From contig JANJGN010000012.1 of assembly GCA_026770705.1 (NCBI GenBank), forward strand, positions 22,382,001 to 22,446,000: 64,000 nucleotides of DNA, given 5' to 3'. The notes under the pieces were generated by a model. The model had not been told where the DNA came from. It ran no database searches and saw only the letters and a program-made list of their open reading frames with translations. The position numbers and the translations under genes are program-made. The DNA comes from Isurus oxyrinchus (taxonomy: Eukaryota). Of this stretch, positions 1-12,600 are shown one piece after another (position 1 is the stretch's first letter; each line of letters begins with the position of its first letter).

Positions 1-388
1 AAACAGCAGTGAGATAAGTCACAGAGTCTTGAAATCATAGAAGGAGGACATTTTGCCCACTGAGTCCATGCCACCCTTCTGTAGAGAAATCCAGGCCGTC
101 CCTTCCCCCCAGAGTAACAGCCAAATAATCTGTTTTAGCGAAGTTGATTGAGGGACAAATGTTGGTCAGGCCACAGGGGAAATCTCTTCTGTTCTTCTTC
201 GAAAAGTGCTTTGGGACCTTTTACCTCCACCTTACAGAGCAGACAGGGCCTCAGTTTAATATCTCGTCTGAAAGATGGTATCACACTCCCTCAGTATTAA
301 ACTGAAATATCAGCCGGATTAATGTGCTTTGGAGTTAGACTCAAAAAACACAGCCTTCTGACCCCGAGAGTGCTACCCACTGAGCCAA
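1..388 (-). mobile_element. tRNA-derived Deu-domain SINE (SacSINE1/AmnSINE1-like), interrupted near 20-113 by a CR1 3' fragment
   Basis: Reverse-strand core 'ttgagggacaaatgttggtcagg...cttcttcgaaaagtgc...ctccctcagta' and head 'agagtgctacccactgagcc'; shared with about 10 other copies in the window. Confidence 0.75.
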
Positions 389-894
389 GGCTAACAGTTC
401 CATGTCAGAAACTAGGAGCTAACAACTACCTTTAACTGAGGATCTTGAATGAAGAGCCAAACCCACTAACAGGGTTTGGTAAAGAACTGAATCAGGAAGT
501 AGCGATCACATGAGTTGGCTTCTAAATAATGTCCAGGGCAATGGTGGTAAGAATGTGAGAGTTAGTGAGGCAGAGATAACATAGTGCTGGCAACCACCTC
601 AGAACACTGGAACCAGTGATCGGGACACAGCTGTACCCACACAAGGTGATTGTGCTACTGTTCCAGCTGGTTCAAAAAACATCTGTCACCAGCAAGGGGG
701 CCTGGAGTGTAGCCAGATGTTACATAGCAGAGTCGACTGCAGGGTCAGGGTAGCTGCAGGAGCGTGGCAATGGGCGTCTGGAGAATTGGGGGGAGGTGCC
801 ACAGATAGCTGCTGGTGTTCAAAGAATGGGAAGGAATCTGCAGAGCTGATGCTTGCAGAAAGCTGGAGACGGATACTGGCCTTTCTAGAAGACT

Positions 895-1445
895 AGAATA
901 CAAGGTGTATAAAGCCGTGATCAGGCCACACCTGAAATCCTATGAGCCATTCTGGCCACCGCACCCTGGAGAGGATCTATTGGCCTTGGAAGAAGATTTA
1001 CCAGTTTGATACCTGGACTTTAAGAGTTAAGCTCATAATTAAACAAACTAAAATTGTATTCCCCAGAATTTAGAGGATTAAGGGATGATTTGATTAAAGT
1101 TTTCAAGATATCAAGGACAACAAATAAGGTAGAGGGGAACTATTTCCACTGGTTATGTGGTCTGGAGCTAGGGGATTTAGTTTAAATATTAGAGCCAGCC
1201 CTTTCAGTAGAGAAATTAGGAAACATTTCATGCAAGGGGTGTGGAAGATTGGAACTCTCTGCCACAAATGACAACTGATGCTGGATCAATTGTGAATGTT
1301 AAAACTGAGACTGAGAGCTTCTTGTTAACCAAAGGTATTAAGGGATATGGGGCAAAGGCAGGTTGGAGTTAAATGACAGATCAGCCATGATCTCACTGAA
1401 TGGAGGAGCAGGCTCGAAGGGCTAAATGGCCTCCTCCTGTTTCGG
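895..1445 (+). mobile_element. CR1 LINE 3' fragment (RT C-terminus + 3' UTR)
   Basis: Translates as YKAVIRPHL.Y..FW.PH; ends in the CR1/HER1-type tail 'gatcagccatgatc...aatggcctcctcctg'. Confidence 0.85.
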
Positions 1446-2394
1446 TGTCCCTGTGCCAAGACACCCAGTTTCCCACCAGAGCTGACATGCATATGCCCAC
1501 CAACGCAAAACAAAGAATGCTGCCTTAGTGCAATCAGTCTGGCAATGAGGGCTGACAGCAGGAAGTAGGTAGGCAGCTCTTGATTTCTGGAGACGGGGGG
1601 TGGTCTGTGTGGCTGATTGGTACGTGGGCAAATTGTGACTAAACATTTACCAGGAACTTGCATAAATGCAAAATAAGAGTAAGTTAATCGATGTACAGTA
1701 TAATGAGCACTAATTTATTTCAGGCAATACTCTATGTCAATCAAAGCTGCAGCTGAGCACTCAGGCAGATTTTTGTTGCATGACAGGGTTAAGCACGGTT
1801 AGCATTTCTATTCTCTCTTGGCTTTTGCGCAGCATTTTGGGTTTTCAGTTCATTACTGTGAAGGAATATGTAGATGAACCCCACAGTCCCGCAGTTAAAC
1901 AGATACTGTATTACCATGGCAACCTCACTCCAGGGCTGGGAGAGAGAAAAACCTGCAATATTTTAACCCTCGTTCCCAGGCAAACGTTAAAAAAAAAAAA
2001 TCCAAATCCCAAAGGTGAAAGGGCAGCCATTTGGACATGCTATCCTATATGCAAATTCTGATAAACAGGCAATTCTGTCTGTCAAGGAATTTGATGAGCT
2101 GATTACTGGAATTTTTAAAAGTGTATAATTGGAACAAGTTCTTTGTACCACTATGCGCTTAACCAGACTGCAATCGAGTTGAAACTGAAGTGGATGGTTA
2201 TATTTTTCAGATAAGAGGGATTGCAAGATGGAATTCATTGTTTCTCAATTCCTTCCAAACAAAGGCAGCTTCCCACCCTTAAATCACGCTGATACGTCTG
2301 AATGAAATCTACTACTGGATCAATGACAGGTTGTGATGACAGTAAACAGACAGGCAATTGGGCTTTTTTCTACATGAATGCAAGTATTACAGTA

Positions 2395-2610
2395 ATGACA
2401 ACAACTTGCACTTATAGAGCACCTTTGACATAGAAAGGCATCCCCAGAGGCGCTTCGGAGGAGTGTAATTGAGCAAATAATTGACACAAAGCCACGTAAG
2501 GAGATGTTAGGGTAGGTGACCAAAAGCTTGGTCAAAGGGTTATAAGGGCCACATTAGAGAGAGAGAGAGAGAGAGAGCTGGTGAGATGGAGAGATTTAGG
2601 GAGGGAATTA
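2395..2610 (-). mobile_element. L2/CR1-clade LINE 3' end with (GA)n tract
   Basis: 'caacttgcacttatagagcacc' matches the SINE 3' tail, but the following sequence differs ('accaaaagcttggtcaaag'). Confidence 0.55.
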
Positions 2611-2989
2611 TCTAAGTGAAGGATAGGTTGACATTAGGTGGCACTCTTCATGAGGCCCATTAAAGCCTCCACCTTACTCAGTTATTCCCTCGCACACTGA
2701 TCGACCTGCTGGATATTCCATGTGTTTTTAATTTAATTAGAATGATACTGTGCTCCCAGTGAAGTCCATGTTTCAGGATATTGCAGGCTGTATTCAATAA
2801 TTTTCGGTCTATTAATTTTAACTTCTGGTGAAATGCTCCCTGCAATGCCACTCCCTGTGCATAGGTGGATAGTGAGACCATCCCTTATGTTTTAGATTTT
2901 TTTTCCCTACATTTCTCCTCCACTCTCTTGAAGACTCTGAGCCTTGTTGAGGTATAGTTCCTTAACATCAGCAGATCTCTATGATTTTA

Positions 2990-3566
2990 ACCAAGTGGGA
3001 ATTCTGCAGCAATTAACTCACCTCCTGACTCCCCAAAGCCTGTCCACCATCACCAACGCACAAGTCAGGAGTGTGATGGAATACTTTCCGTTTGCCTGGA
3101 TGAGTGCAGCTCCAACAACACTCAAGCAGTCTGACGCCACCCAGGACAAAACAGCCCACTTGATTTGCAATGCATCTACCACTTCAGCATTCACTCCCTC
3201 AGCCACCGACACACAGTGGCAGCAGCATGCACTGTAATAACCCACCAAGGATCCTTGGACAGTACTTTCTATACCCGCAACCACTACCATCTAGAAGGAC
3301 AAGGGCAGCAGATAGATGGGAATACCACCACCTGCAAGTTCCCCTCCAAGCCACTCACCATCCTGACTTGGTAATATATCGTCATTCCTTCACTGTTGCT
3401 GGGTCAAAACCCTGGAGCTCCCTCTCTAACAGCACTGTGGATGTACCTACACCACATGGACTGCAGCGGTTCAAGAAGGCAGCTCACCACCACCTTCTCA
3501 AGGGCAATTAGGGATGGGCAATAAATGCTGGCCCAGCCAGTGAAGCCCACACCCCGTGAAACAAAA
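2990..3566 (+). mobile_element. CR1-superfamily (Zenon-like) LINE 3' fragment
   Basis: LTHLLTPQSLSTI..AQVRSVMEY...W..A RT C-terminus; tail 'ttctcaagggcaattagggatgggcaataaatgctggcc'. Clade assignment is tentative. Confidence 0.75.
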
Positions 3567-3636
3567 TTCTTCACCAGGGAGCATAGATAACGACCGTTCA
3601 ACCATGGAAAGCATCACTATAGAATGGTGCAGAAAT

Positions 3637-4701
3637 AAGGACTTACATGTATATGGTACCTTTCATGACCTTGGGATGTCCCACTGCTCCCACAGCCAAC
3701 TTTTGACAAGCAGTCACTGTTGTAATGCAGGAATTGTGGCAGCCAATTCACGCATGGCAAGCTGCTACAAAAAGCAACATGATAATGTAATGACCGGCTA
3801 ATCTCTCAGCGATATTGATTGAGGGACAAACAATGGCCAGGACACCTGGGAGATTGGCACTGCTCTGCTTTCCACCCAAGCACACGGGATCTTTTGTGAA
3901 GGCAGACTGGAGCTCGAGTTAAGGTCACATCTGAAAGTGCAACAAGCGCGCGGTATTGCACTGGAGGCTCAGCCCAGATTTTGTGCTCAAGTCCCTGGCC
4001 AGAATTTTACGCCCTGTGGGCAGGCACGGGCCTGAACCAAACTTGTGCATAAAATCGCACAAGGTGATGTCAGGCGAGCGTCCTGACATCATCGCACGCT
4101 TGCGCGATATGTCGTTCGACGGGCGTGCGGAAAAGTCAGAAAAGCACCTGCCAACAATTAAGCGGGCAATTAAGCCCATTAACGTCCCAATTGTCAGCGA
4201 TTTCTCGTGGCCCGTCCAACCTTACGAATGGCGGACCGGCCAATCGGCCGGAGGGGCTTTACATTTTTGGTGAAACCTCATCCAAGGGCAGGATGAAATC
4301 TCCATTCGGATTTAAAATAAAAATGTATATATCTGGGGACTGTTTTTTTTTATGAGGCCTGCTTTCAGGTGCTTGATTGCGTTGCACGGACATTTTTTTG
4401 CAGCATTTTCTTATTTGCAGGTCTGTAGCTCCCTGAGGCAGCTGACTGCCTTCAGGGAGCTCTCTCGAAGCGCTCACCCGCACCCACGGTGACATCAGCG
4501 CCCGCCTTCTTCCCGCGCCCAACAGCAGTGCTGAGCCTCCCTCCGGGCCAGTCAGCATAAGATCGCGGGCTGGAGCGCACTTCACATCCGCTTTCAGGCA
4601 CGCCAAAGCACGTGCCAGGCAAGTGCAAATTTCAGGCCCTGGAATGGGAGGTGAGCCCACCATCTCCTAACTCAGGGTCAAGAGTGCTACCCACTGAGCC
4701 A
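3637..4701 (-). mobile_element. Deu-domain SINE split by a MITE
   Basis: SINE body at 3637-3997 resumes at 4639 ('ctggaatggga...agagtgctacccactgagcc'). Confidence 0.8.
3998..4638. mobile_element. Non-autonomous Harbinger-type MITE, CTG TSD
   Basis: Termini gccagaatttt / aaatttcaggcc, with CTG at 3995-3997 and 4639-4641. The left ~190 bp resembles the reverse complement of the Harbinger right end (41600-41801). Confidence 0.8.
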
Positions 4702-4855
4702 CACTCATACACTGCCCAATACATTTCCAATGTCCACTTTTCATCAAGCGATCAGCAGAAACCTAATCCAAGCCAACTCTAATCCCAAAACTGCCAATTC
4801 CCTGTTGAGTTACGGGTACAATAGAATAATGACTATTGCTGAAAAAAAGAGACAT

Positions 4856-4893
4856 GCCGTCAAATCTTTTCATCTTGTACTCATCAGGATAGC
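4856..4893 (-). ncRNA. Degenerate minimal type I hammerhead ribozyme motif (Penelope pLTR)
   Basis: Minus strand reads GCUAUC-CUGAUGA-GUACAAGAU-GAAA-AGAU-UU-GACGGC; core intact, stems partly decayed. Confidence 0.6.
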
Positions 4894-5374
4894 TCGCAAG
4901 AATTTTCCAACCTTAATGAGGGAGCATCAATTTATACTGCATGAGAGAGAGCTGATTGGTTGGCAAGTGGACTCTGACTGGTGGAGGCATTGCCATAGAG
5001 AATGGCCCATGGAACAGTCAACTGCCCAGCTTTGTTCAAATTCAAACCGGACAGGTTGACTCTGATTGGTCAAGGCATTGACCTGGGAACTGAGCCAGGG
5101 AGTGACTGTTCCCTAACCTTTCGTTTAGTTGAAAAAGGCACAATGTGTGGACATGCTCCTTCTGTCTGCAGAGGACAGGGCCTAGTGTGTGAAGATATGT
5201 GGCTTCTAGCATGTGTAAATGAGCCAAACTGAGAGCCTGACTGACAATCTTAAATTGGTTTTCAGTGTAATTCATAGCACAATCAGGATTGTTTAGCAGG
5301 TGTTGTCCAGTCATGGAATTACATCTAATGTTGGACATTATGCTTTGGGATTTGCAAACATGGGCTGGCTGAGT

Positions 5375-6655
5375 ATGAACATACGAAATAGGAGCAGAAG
5401 TAGGCCATTCAGCAATCTGCAAATTTAGCTACCAAGCCTTCACTCTCCTCATCTAAGGAATTGATATAAATTGTAAAAAGTTGAGGCCCCAGCACAGATA
5501 CCTGCGGGACTCTACTCATCACATCCTATCAATCAGCAAAGGTCTATTTTCACATACTCTCTGTTTTCTGCCAGCCAGCCAATCTTCTACCCATGCTAAT
5601 ATGTTACTCCCTACGGCGTGAGTTTTTATTTTCTGCAATAACATTTGATGTGGCATCTTATCAAATGCCTTCTGGAAATCCAAGTACAGTGCATCTACAG
5701 GCTCCCCTTTATCCACAGACCATGTTATTCTTTCAAAGAACTCCAAAACATTGGTTAAACATGATTTCCCTTTCACAAAACCTTGCTGACTCTTCCTGAT
5801 TATCTTCAGTTTCTCTAAGTGCCCAGTTATAACGTTCCTAATGATCGACTCTCACATCTTCCCTATGACAGACATCAAGCTAACTGGCCTATAGTTTCCT
5901 GTTTTCTGTCTCCCTCCCTTCTTGAATAGAGAGGTTATATTTGCTACTTTCCAGTCTGTTGGAGCCGTTCCAGAATCTAGTGAATTTTGGAAAATTAACA
6001 TCTACTACCACATTAGCCACTTCTTTTAAGACCCCAGGATGAAGTCCATCAGGATCTGGAGACTTGTCAGCCTGCAGCTCCTTCATTTCTTCTCCTGATC
6101 AATCTTTTAGTCATTCTCTGCCATTCTTTATATTCTGACCAATCATCTGACCTGCCACTTATCTTTGTGCAGTTATATGCTTTCTCCTTAAGTTTGATGC
6201 TTTCCTTAACTTCTTTAATTAACCACGGATCGTGGGCCCTCCCTTTAAAATTTTTATTTATAGTAGGAATATACTTATTCTAAGTATCTGATTCTGAAAT
6301 ATCCCCTTAAATGTCTGCCATTGCTTCTAGATTGATCTATTACCTATCCAAGTACCCCGGTTCACTTCAGCTAGCTCAGCTTTCATCTCCACATAGTTGT
6401 CCTTACTTAAGTTTAAGATACTAGTTTTAGACCCACCCTTCCCCCTTTCAAACTGGATGTAAAATTCAATCATATTGTGGTCGCTGCTACCTAGGGGTGC
6501 CTTTACTCTGAGGTCATTAATTAATCCAGTACGCAATACCAAGTCTAATATAACCTGCTCTCTGGTTGGTTCCAGAACATGCTGCTCTAAGAAACCATCT
6601 CGAAAGGACTCTAAGAACTCCTCATCCAGATTACTATTGCCAATCTGACTTTTCC
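5375..6655 (-). mobile_element. CR1 LINE ORF2 fragment, internally deleted
   Basis: KGKSCLTN.LEFFE...VD..YLDFQKAFDK.PH, KSP.PDGLHP.VLKE and LGSSDHNMIEF motifs. Confidence 0.9.
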
Positions 6656-7654
6656 AGTACGGTCAGTACTTTGCCTGTTGCGAACAGCTGAAGAGATGTA
6701 CTGTTTGGTACAATCCGCCAGTCTTTGGGACATATGGCCTACGTACATACCTGGCATCACACTGGCACTGAAACTCATATACCACATTATTCATTTGTGT
6801 GATAGGCAAAACATCTTTTTAGTTCGACAGCAGCATGCTGTTAGTGGAGCATAACACTTGTGTTGATACTGCATAGTAACAGCATGCCTTCACCTGTTGC
6901 CCAAATTTTTGAGACATCTTACCTTTCCAGGGTAATCTGAGGTAAACTGGGCACTTTTCAGGACCTAAAGTGGCAGCCTTAGGCCCGTTCATGAGTTTGC
7001 AGGATATACAGCAAGCAATGACGTGATCAGGGTAGCCATTATCCCGCAGGATGACTTTGATGCCCCTATTTCAGCATCAAGCATTCACGGTGAGCAAACG
7101 TCTTGGGCCCTATTTACAAGGTTGCCAATAAATTCAATCTTATAGTGCGTGAAACTACAAATCACAACACGTACATTGACCAGTGAAGGTAGGCTTGCGG
7201 TAAACAGTAGTAGAGAACACATTGGCAGGTTTTTCAATGTTCTGTAATTGGACAACACCAGCTGAACAATCCTGATTGTGTTAAGAATTATATTGAAAAC
7301 CAATTTAAGATTGTCAGTTGGCCTCGCAGTGTGGCTCACTTATGCATGCTAGAAGCCACATATATTCACACACAAGGCCCTGTCCATTGCAGACAGCATG
7401 TGCATACTTTGTGTCTTATTCAACTAAACAAAAGCTTAGGGAACAGTCATTCCCTGGTTCACTTCCCAGGGCAATGCTTTGACCAATCAGCGTCTACCTG
7501 TACGGTTTGAATTTGAACAAAGCTGGGCAGTTAACCGTTCCATGCTGCATTCTCCATGGCAATGCCTCCACCAGTCAGAGTCCACTTGTCGACCAATTGG
7601 CACGCTCTTCTCATGCGCAGTTGGAAAATTCTTGCGAGCCGAAAGCTTTGATAG

Positions 7655-8432
7655 CGGCCTGAACTTTCGGGATGGCGGAGGTCTTGTTTCCTGCCATCTG
7701 AATAATCAGCAGGAAACAGATACCCGCCAACTCTGACTGCCTTACAGCCAATTTACTCTCTAACGAGCTGGTGGGGATCGTGCCCCTCACTCAGGAGGAA
7801 ATCCCACCTTAGAGAGCTGCCGGACAATCTGATTGGCTGGCAGCTCTCCCGTTCCCTGCAGCGACAGCGCTCCATTGGACAGAAGAGGAAGTTCAAGAAG
7901 ACATCCGGGACTCGAGGCCCAGGTAAGTTCAGGGATCCTAGGGCGGGTAAGATAGGGAAGATCTCAAGGGGGTGCGAGGGGTTGGGGAGCAATCAGGGTA
8001 TCGGGGAAGAAGCCAATGGGAGGTGTTTCAGAGGCCACTGGACCTTAACGTTGGGGTGTGGGGGGGTGTGGTGCCCAACTTCAAAAGGGGTCCTTTAATG
8101 GAGGCACCACCATCACCCACCCCCACCCCCCACCCCCCCACCCCCACCCCTTCCCACCTTGGGTGTAACTTTGATGTATTTCGGGCTTCCCCCACGAGGT
8201 TCAGTCCTCCCTCCAGCCTAAAAACTGAGGCTGGGCAGGAGATGGCCAATAATTGGCCACTTAAGGGCCTCAACTGGGGCAAGGGCAGGCTTCCCGAGGC
8301 CTTGCCCACCCCAGCGTAAAATCACTGTGTGGTCAGGGCTGGCAGGGACCCAGAGGGACTCCCCGTCCCTTCAATTTCATGCTCCACCCCACCGCCTAAA
8401 AAGCCACCAGTGGGGGAATGTAAAATTCGGGC
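7655..8432. mobile_element. Harbinger-type MITE, TAG/CAG TSD
   Basis: Termini cggcctgaacttt / aaaattcgggc; excision restores the Penelope sequence 'gaaagctttga(c)agcatgtctc'; same family as 46994-47715, in opposite orientation. Confidence 0.75.
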
Positions 8433-8489
8433 CAGCATGTCTCTTTTTTCAGCAGTACTCAAGTTCTGTATTACCAAGCAAATGATAGT

Positions 8490-8895
8490 TGTTATTGGAC
8501 TAATGATCTGAAAAAAATCTCACCATGGAAGCTGGGAAATTAAATTCATTAGTTAAATAAATCGGGAAGGAAGAGTTGGTGATGGTGACCGTGAAACTAC
8601 TGCATTGTCATAGAAATCCATCTGGTATCCTTTAGGGAGGGAGATCTGCCGACCTTACCTGGTCTGGTTTACACGTGGCCCCAAGCCCACAGCAACGTGG
8701 TTGACTTTTAACTGCCCTCTGAAATGACCGAACAAGTCACTCAGTTGTACCAAACTGCTACAAGAAAAGGATAACCTTCACAGACTGCCGCCGTTCAACA
8801 AAATGCCTGACCACCGCCTTCTCAAGGGAAATTAAGGATGGGCAATAAATGCTGGCCTTGACAGTGACACCCATATCCTGAGAATGAATAAAGAA
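8490..8895 (+). mobile_element. Second tRNA-derived SINE family (Meta-SINE-like centre, Zenon-like LINE tail)
   Basis: 'gatggtgaccgtgaaac...cctttagggaggagatctgccgaccttacctggtctgg' followed by the 'ttctcaagggaaattaaggatgggcaataaatgctggcc' tail. Confidence 0.65.
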
Positions 8896-9209
8896 GAGTT
8901 CAGCACACACCACGGATCAAGCTTTCAGCCTTTTGTATGTCTTAGCCCTTTGTCACTGGGTTATAGAGCATGAATTCAGTATAACTGGAGTGAATCAGAT
9001 TTTTCTGATCCACTGGAACTCCCTTGTATGGACTAGCTTCTATTTAAATAGTTAATTGTTAACGTGAGTTGCCTGCACAAGAGGAATTAATTTGGCTCCT
9101 GTTTTAATTGTTTTAAACAGAAACTGCATTTGCAGGTGGGTGATGCTGAAAATTAGTTCTGTTTTGTCAATGTTTCCAACAGTGCTTTACTAATGGAGTT
9201 AACGGTCTT

Positions 9210-9640
9210 GAATTGATGCAGCAATGTAATCTCAGGACACCCCAAAGTACTTTACAACCAATGAGATACTTTTGAAGGGTGGTGAGCGTTGTGTTGTTGG
9301 CAAATGCAGCAGCTGTTTTGTGCAAAGCAAGATCCCACAAAGAGCAAATGAGATGAATGAACTAACTATTTTAGTGTTGTTGGTTGGAGGATTAGCCAGG
9401 CAATCAGGAGAACTCCCTTTCTCTGTTTTTGAATTGTGCCATGAGATCTTTTACCACCAGCTGAACAGGAAGATAGGGTCTCAATTTAGTGTCTCATCCA
9501 AGAGTTGGTAACTCCAACTAGTGCAGTCCTAACATCACCTCAGCCTTATTTATGCACTGAAATCCATTCTGAGATTATGAATGCACAGCTTTATGATCCA
9601 CAGATAAGAGTGCTGTAAACTGAATTAAGTCCCAGTGGGA
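9210..9640 (-). mobile_element. Deu-domain SINE
   Basis: 'ctcaggacacccaaagtactttacaaccaatga...gtgccatgagatcttttac' matches the other copies. Confidence 0.7.
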
Positions 9641-9699
9641 CTGGAGGCAGAGCAACAAATTTTCTTTCTCATACTCATGGCCAACCATCACAGTTGGGG

Positions 9700-12600
9700 T
9701 AACCCATTGCGAGTGACAACACATTGCAAGTGATAATGCATTGTGAGTCATAACGCATTACGAGTCATAATGCATTGTGAGTGATAATGCATTGTGAGTC
9801 ATAATGCTTTGTGAGTCATAATGCATTGCGAGTGATAGTGCATTGTGAGTGATAACGCATTGCGAGCAATAACTCATTGCGAGTGATAATGCATTGTGAA
9901 TCATAACGCTTTGTGAGTCATAACGCATTGCGAGTGATAATGCATTGTGAGTCATAATGCATTGTGAGAGAATGCATTGTGAGAGATAATGCATTGCGCA
10001 TGATAACGTATTGCGAGTGATAACACATTGTGAGTCATAACGCAATGCGAGTGATAATGCATTGTGAGTCATAACGCATTGCGAGTGATAATGCATTGTG
10101 AGTGATAACGCATTACAAGCGAAAACGCGTTGTGAGTCATAACACATTGTGAGTCATAATGCATTGCGAGTGATAATGCATTGTAGGTCATAATGCTTTG
10201 CGAGTGATAACACATTGTGAGTCATGATGCTTGTGAGTCATAACGCATTACGAGTGATAACGCATTGTGAGTCATAATGTATTGCGAGTGATAGTGCATT
10301 GCGATTGATAATGCTTTGTGAGTGATAATGCATCGTGAGTCATAATGCACTGCGAGTCATAAGGCATTGCGAGTGATAATGCATTGTGAGTCATAATGCA
10401 TTGCGAGCGATAACGCATTGTGAGTCATAATGCTTGTCAGTCATAATGCATTACGACTGATAATGCATTGCGAGTCACAATGCATTGTGAGTCATAATGC
10501 ATTGTGAGAGATAATGCATTGTGAGAGTTAATGCATTGCGTGTGATAACGTATTGCAAGCAATAACGCATTGTGAGTCATAACGCATTGCGTGTGATAAT
10601 GCATTGTGAGTCATAATGCATTGCGAGTGATAATGCATTGTGAGTGATAATACATTGTGAGTCATAATGCATGGCGAGACATGCATTGCGAGTGATAACG
10701 CATTTTGAGTCATAATGCATTGCGAGTGATAGTGCATTGCAAGTGATAATGCTTTGTGAGTGATAATGCATCGTGAGTCATAACGTATTGTGAGTCATAA
10801 GGCATTGCGAGTGATAATGCATTGTGAGTCATAACGCATTGTGAGCGATGACGCATTGTGAGTCATAATGCTTGTGAGTCATAATGCATTACGACTGATA
10901 ATGCATTGCGAGTCATAATGCATTGCGAGTCATAATGCATTGCAAGTGATAATGCACTGTGAGTCATAATGCATTGTGAGTCATAACACATTGCTAGTGA
11001 TAACGCATTGTGAGTCATAACGCATTGTGAGTGATAACGCATTGCGAGTGATAACGCATTGTGATTCATAACGCATTGCGAGTGATAATGCATTGTGAGT
11101 CATAACGCATTGCGAGTGATAATGCATTGTGAGTCATAATGTTTGTGAGGCATAACGCATTACGAGTGATAACGCATTGTGAGTCATAATACTTTGCGAG
11201 TGACAATGCATTACTAGTGGTAAGGCTTTGCGAGTCATAATGCATTGTGAGTGATAATGCATTGTGAGTCATAATGCACTGCAAGTGATAATGCATTGTG
11301 AGTGACAATGCATTGTGAGTCATAATGCATTGCGAGTCATAATGCATTGCGTTTCATAACGCGTTGCGAGTGATAATGCATTGTGAGTGATAATGCATTG
11401 TGAATCATAACGTTTTGTGAGTCATAACACATTGCGAGTGATAATGCATTGTGAGTCATAATGCTTTGTGAGTCATAATGCATTGCGAGTGATAACGCCT
11501 TGCGAGCAATAACTCATTGCGAGTGAGAATGCATTGCGAGCGATAACGTATTGCGAGTGATAACACATTGTGAGTCATAACGCTTTGAGTCATAACGCAT
11601 TGCGAGTGATAACGCATTGCGAGTCATAATGCATTGCAAGTGATAATGCATTATGAGTCCTAACTCATTGTGAGTGATAACGCATTGCGAGCGATAACGC
11701 ATTGCGAATGATAATACATTGTGAGTCATAATCCTTTGTGAGTCATAATGCATTGCGAGTGATAACGTATAGCGAGTGATAATGTATTGTGAGTCATAAC
11801 GCATTGTGAGTGATAATGCATTATGAGTCATAACGCATTGCGAGTGATAATGCATTGTGAGTCATAATGCTTGTGAGTCATAACGCATTACGAGTGATAA
11901 TGCATTGGGAGTCATAATGCATTGCAAGTGACAATGCATTGCGAGTGGTAAAGCTTTGCGAGTGATAATGCATTGCCAGTCATAATGCATTGTGAGTGAT
12001 AATGCATTGTGAGTCATAATGCATTGCGAGTCATAATGCATTGCGAATGATAACGCATTGCGAGTGATAACGCATTGTGAGTGATAACGCATTGTGTGTT
12101 ATAATGCATTATGAGTGATAACGCATTGTGAGTCATAATGCATTGCGAGTGATAACGCATTGCAAACAATAACGCTTTGTGAGTGATAATGCATTGTGAG
12201 TGATAATGCATTGCGAGCGATAACGCATTGCGAGTGATAAGGCATTGTGAGTGATAACGCATTGTGAGTCATAACGCTTTGTGAGTCATATCAATTTGCG
12301 AGTCATAATGCATTGTGAGTGATAATGCACGATGAGTGATAATGCATTGTGAGTCATAATGCATTGTGAGTCATAACGCTTTGTGAGTCATAACGCTTTG
12401 TGAGTCATAAGGCATTGCGAGTGATAATGCATTGTGAGTGACAATGCATTGTGAGTCATAATGCATTGCGAGTGATAACGCATTGCAAACAATAACGCAT
12501 TGTGAGTGATAATGCATTGTGAGCGATAACGCATTGTGAGTCATTATGCATTGTGAGTGATAACGCTTTGTGAGTCATAATGCATTGTGAGTCATAATGC

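Larger units (their letters stand above)
4812..8480 (-). mobile_element. Penelope-like element with inverted partial repeat, interrupted by a CR1 (5375-6655) and a MITE (7655-8432)
   Basis: GIY-YIG-region translation GQHLLNNPDCA.NY...QFKIVS; 7240-7654 plus 8433-8480 is an inverted copy of ~4812-5320; hammerhead-like motif in the terminal repeat. Confidence 0.8.

Noticed and set aside
1780-2061. 93-aa ORF in unique DNA
   Set aside because: No recognisable domain or convincing splice context, and it runs through an A13 tract.
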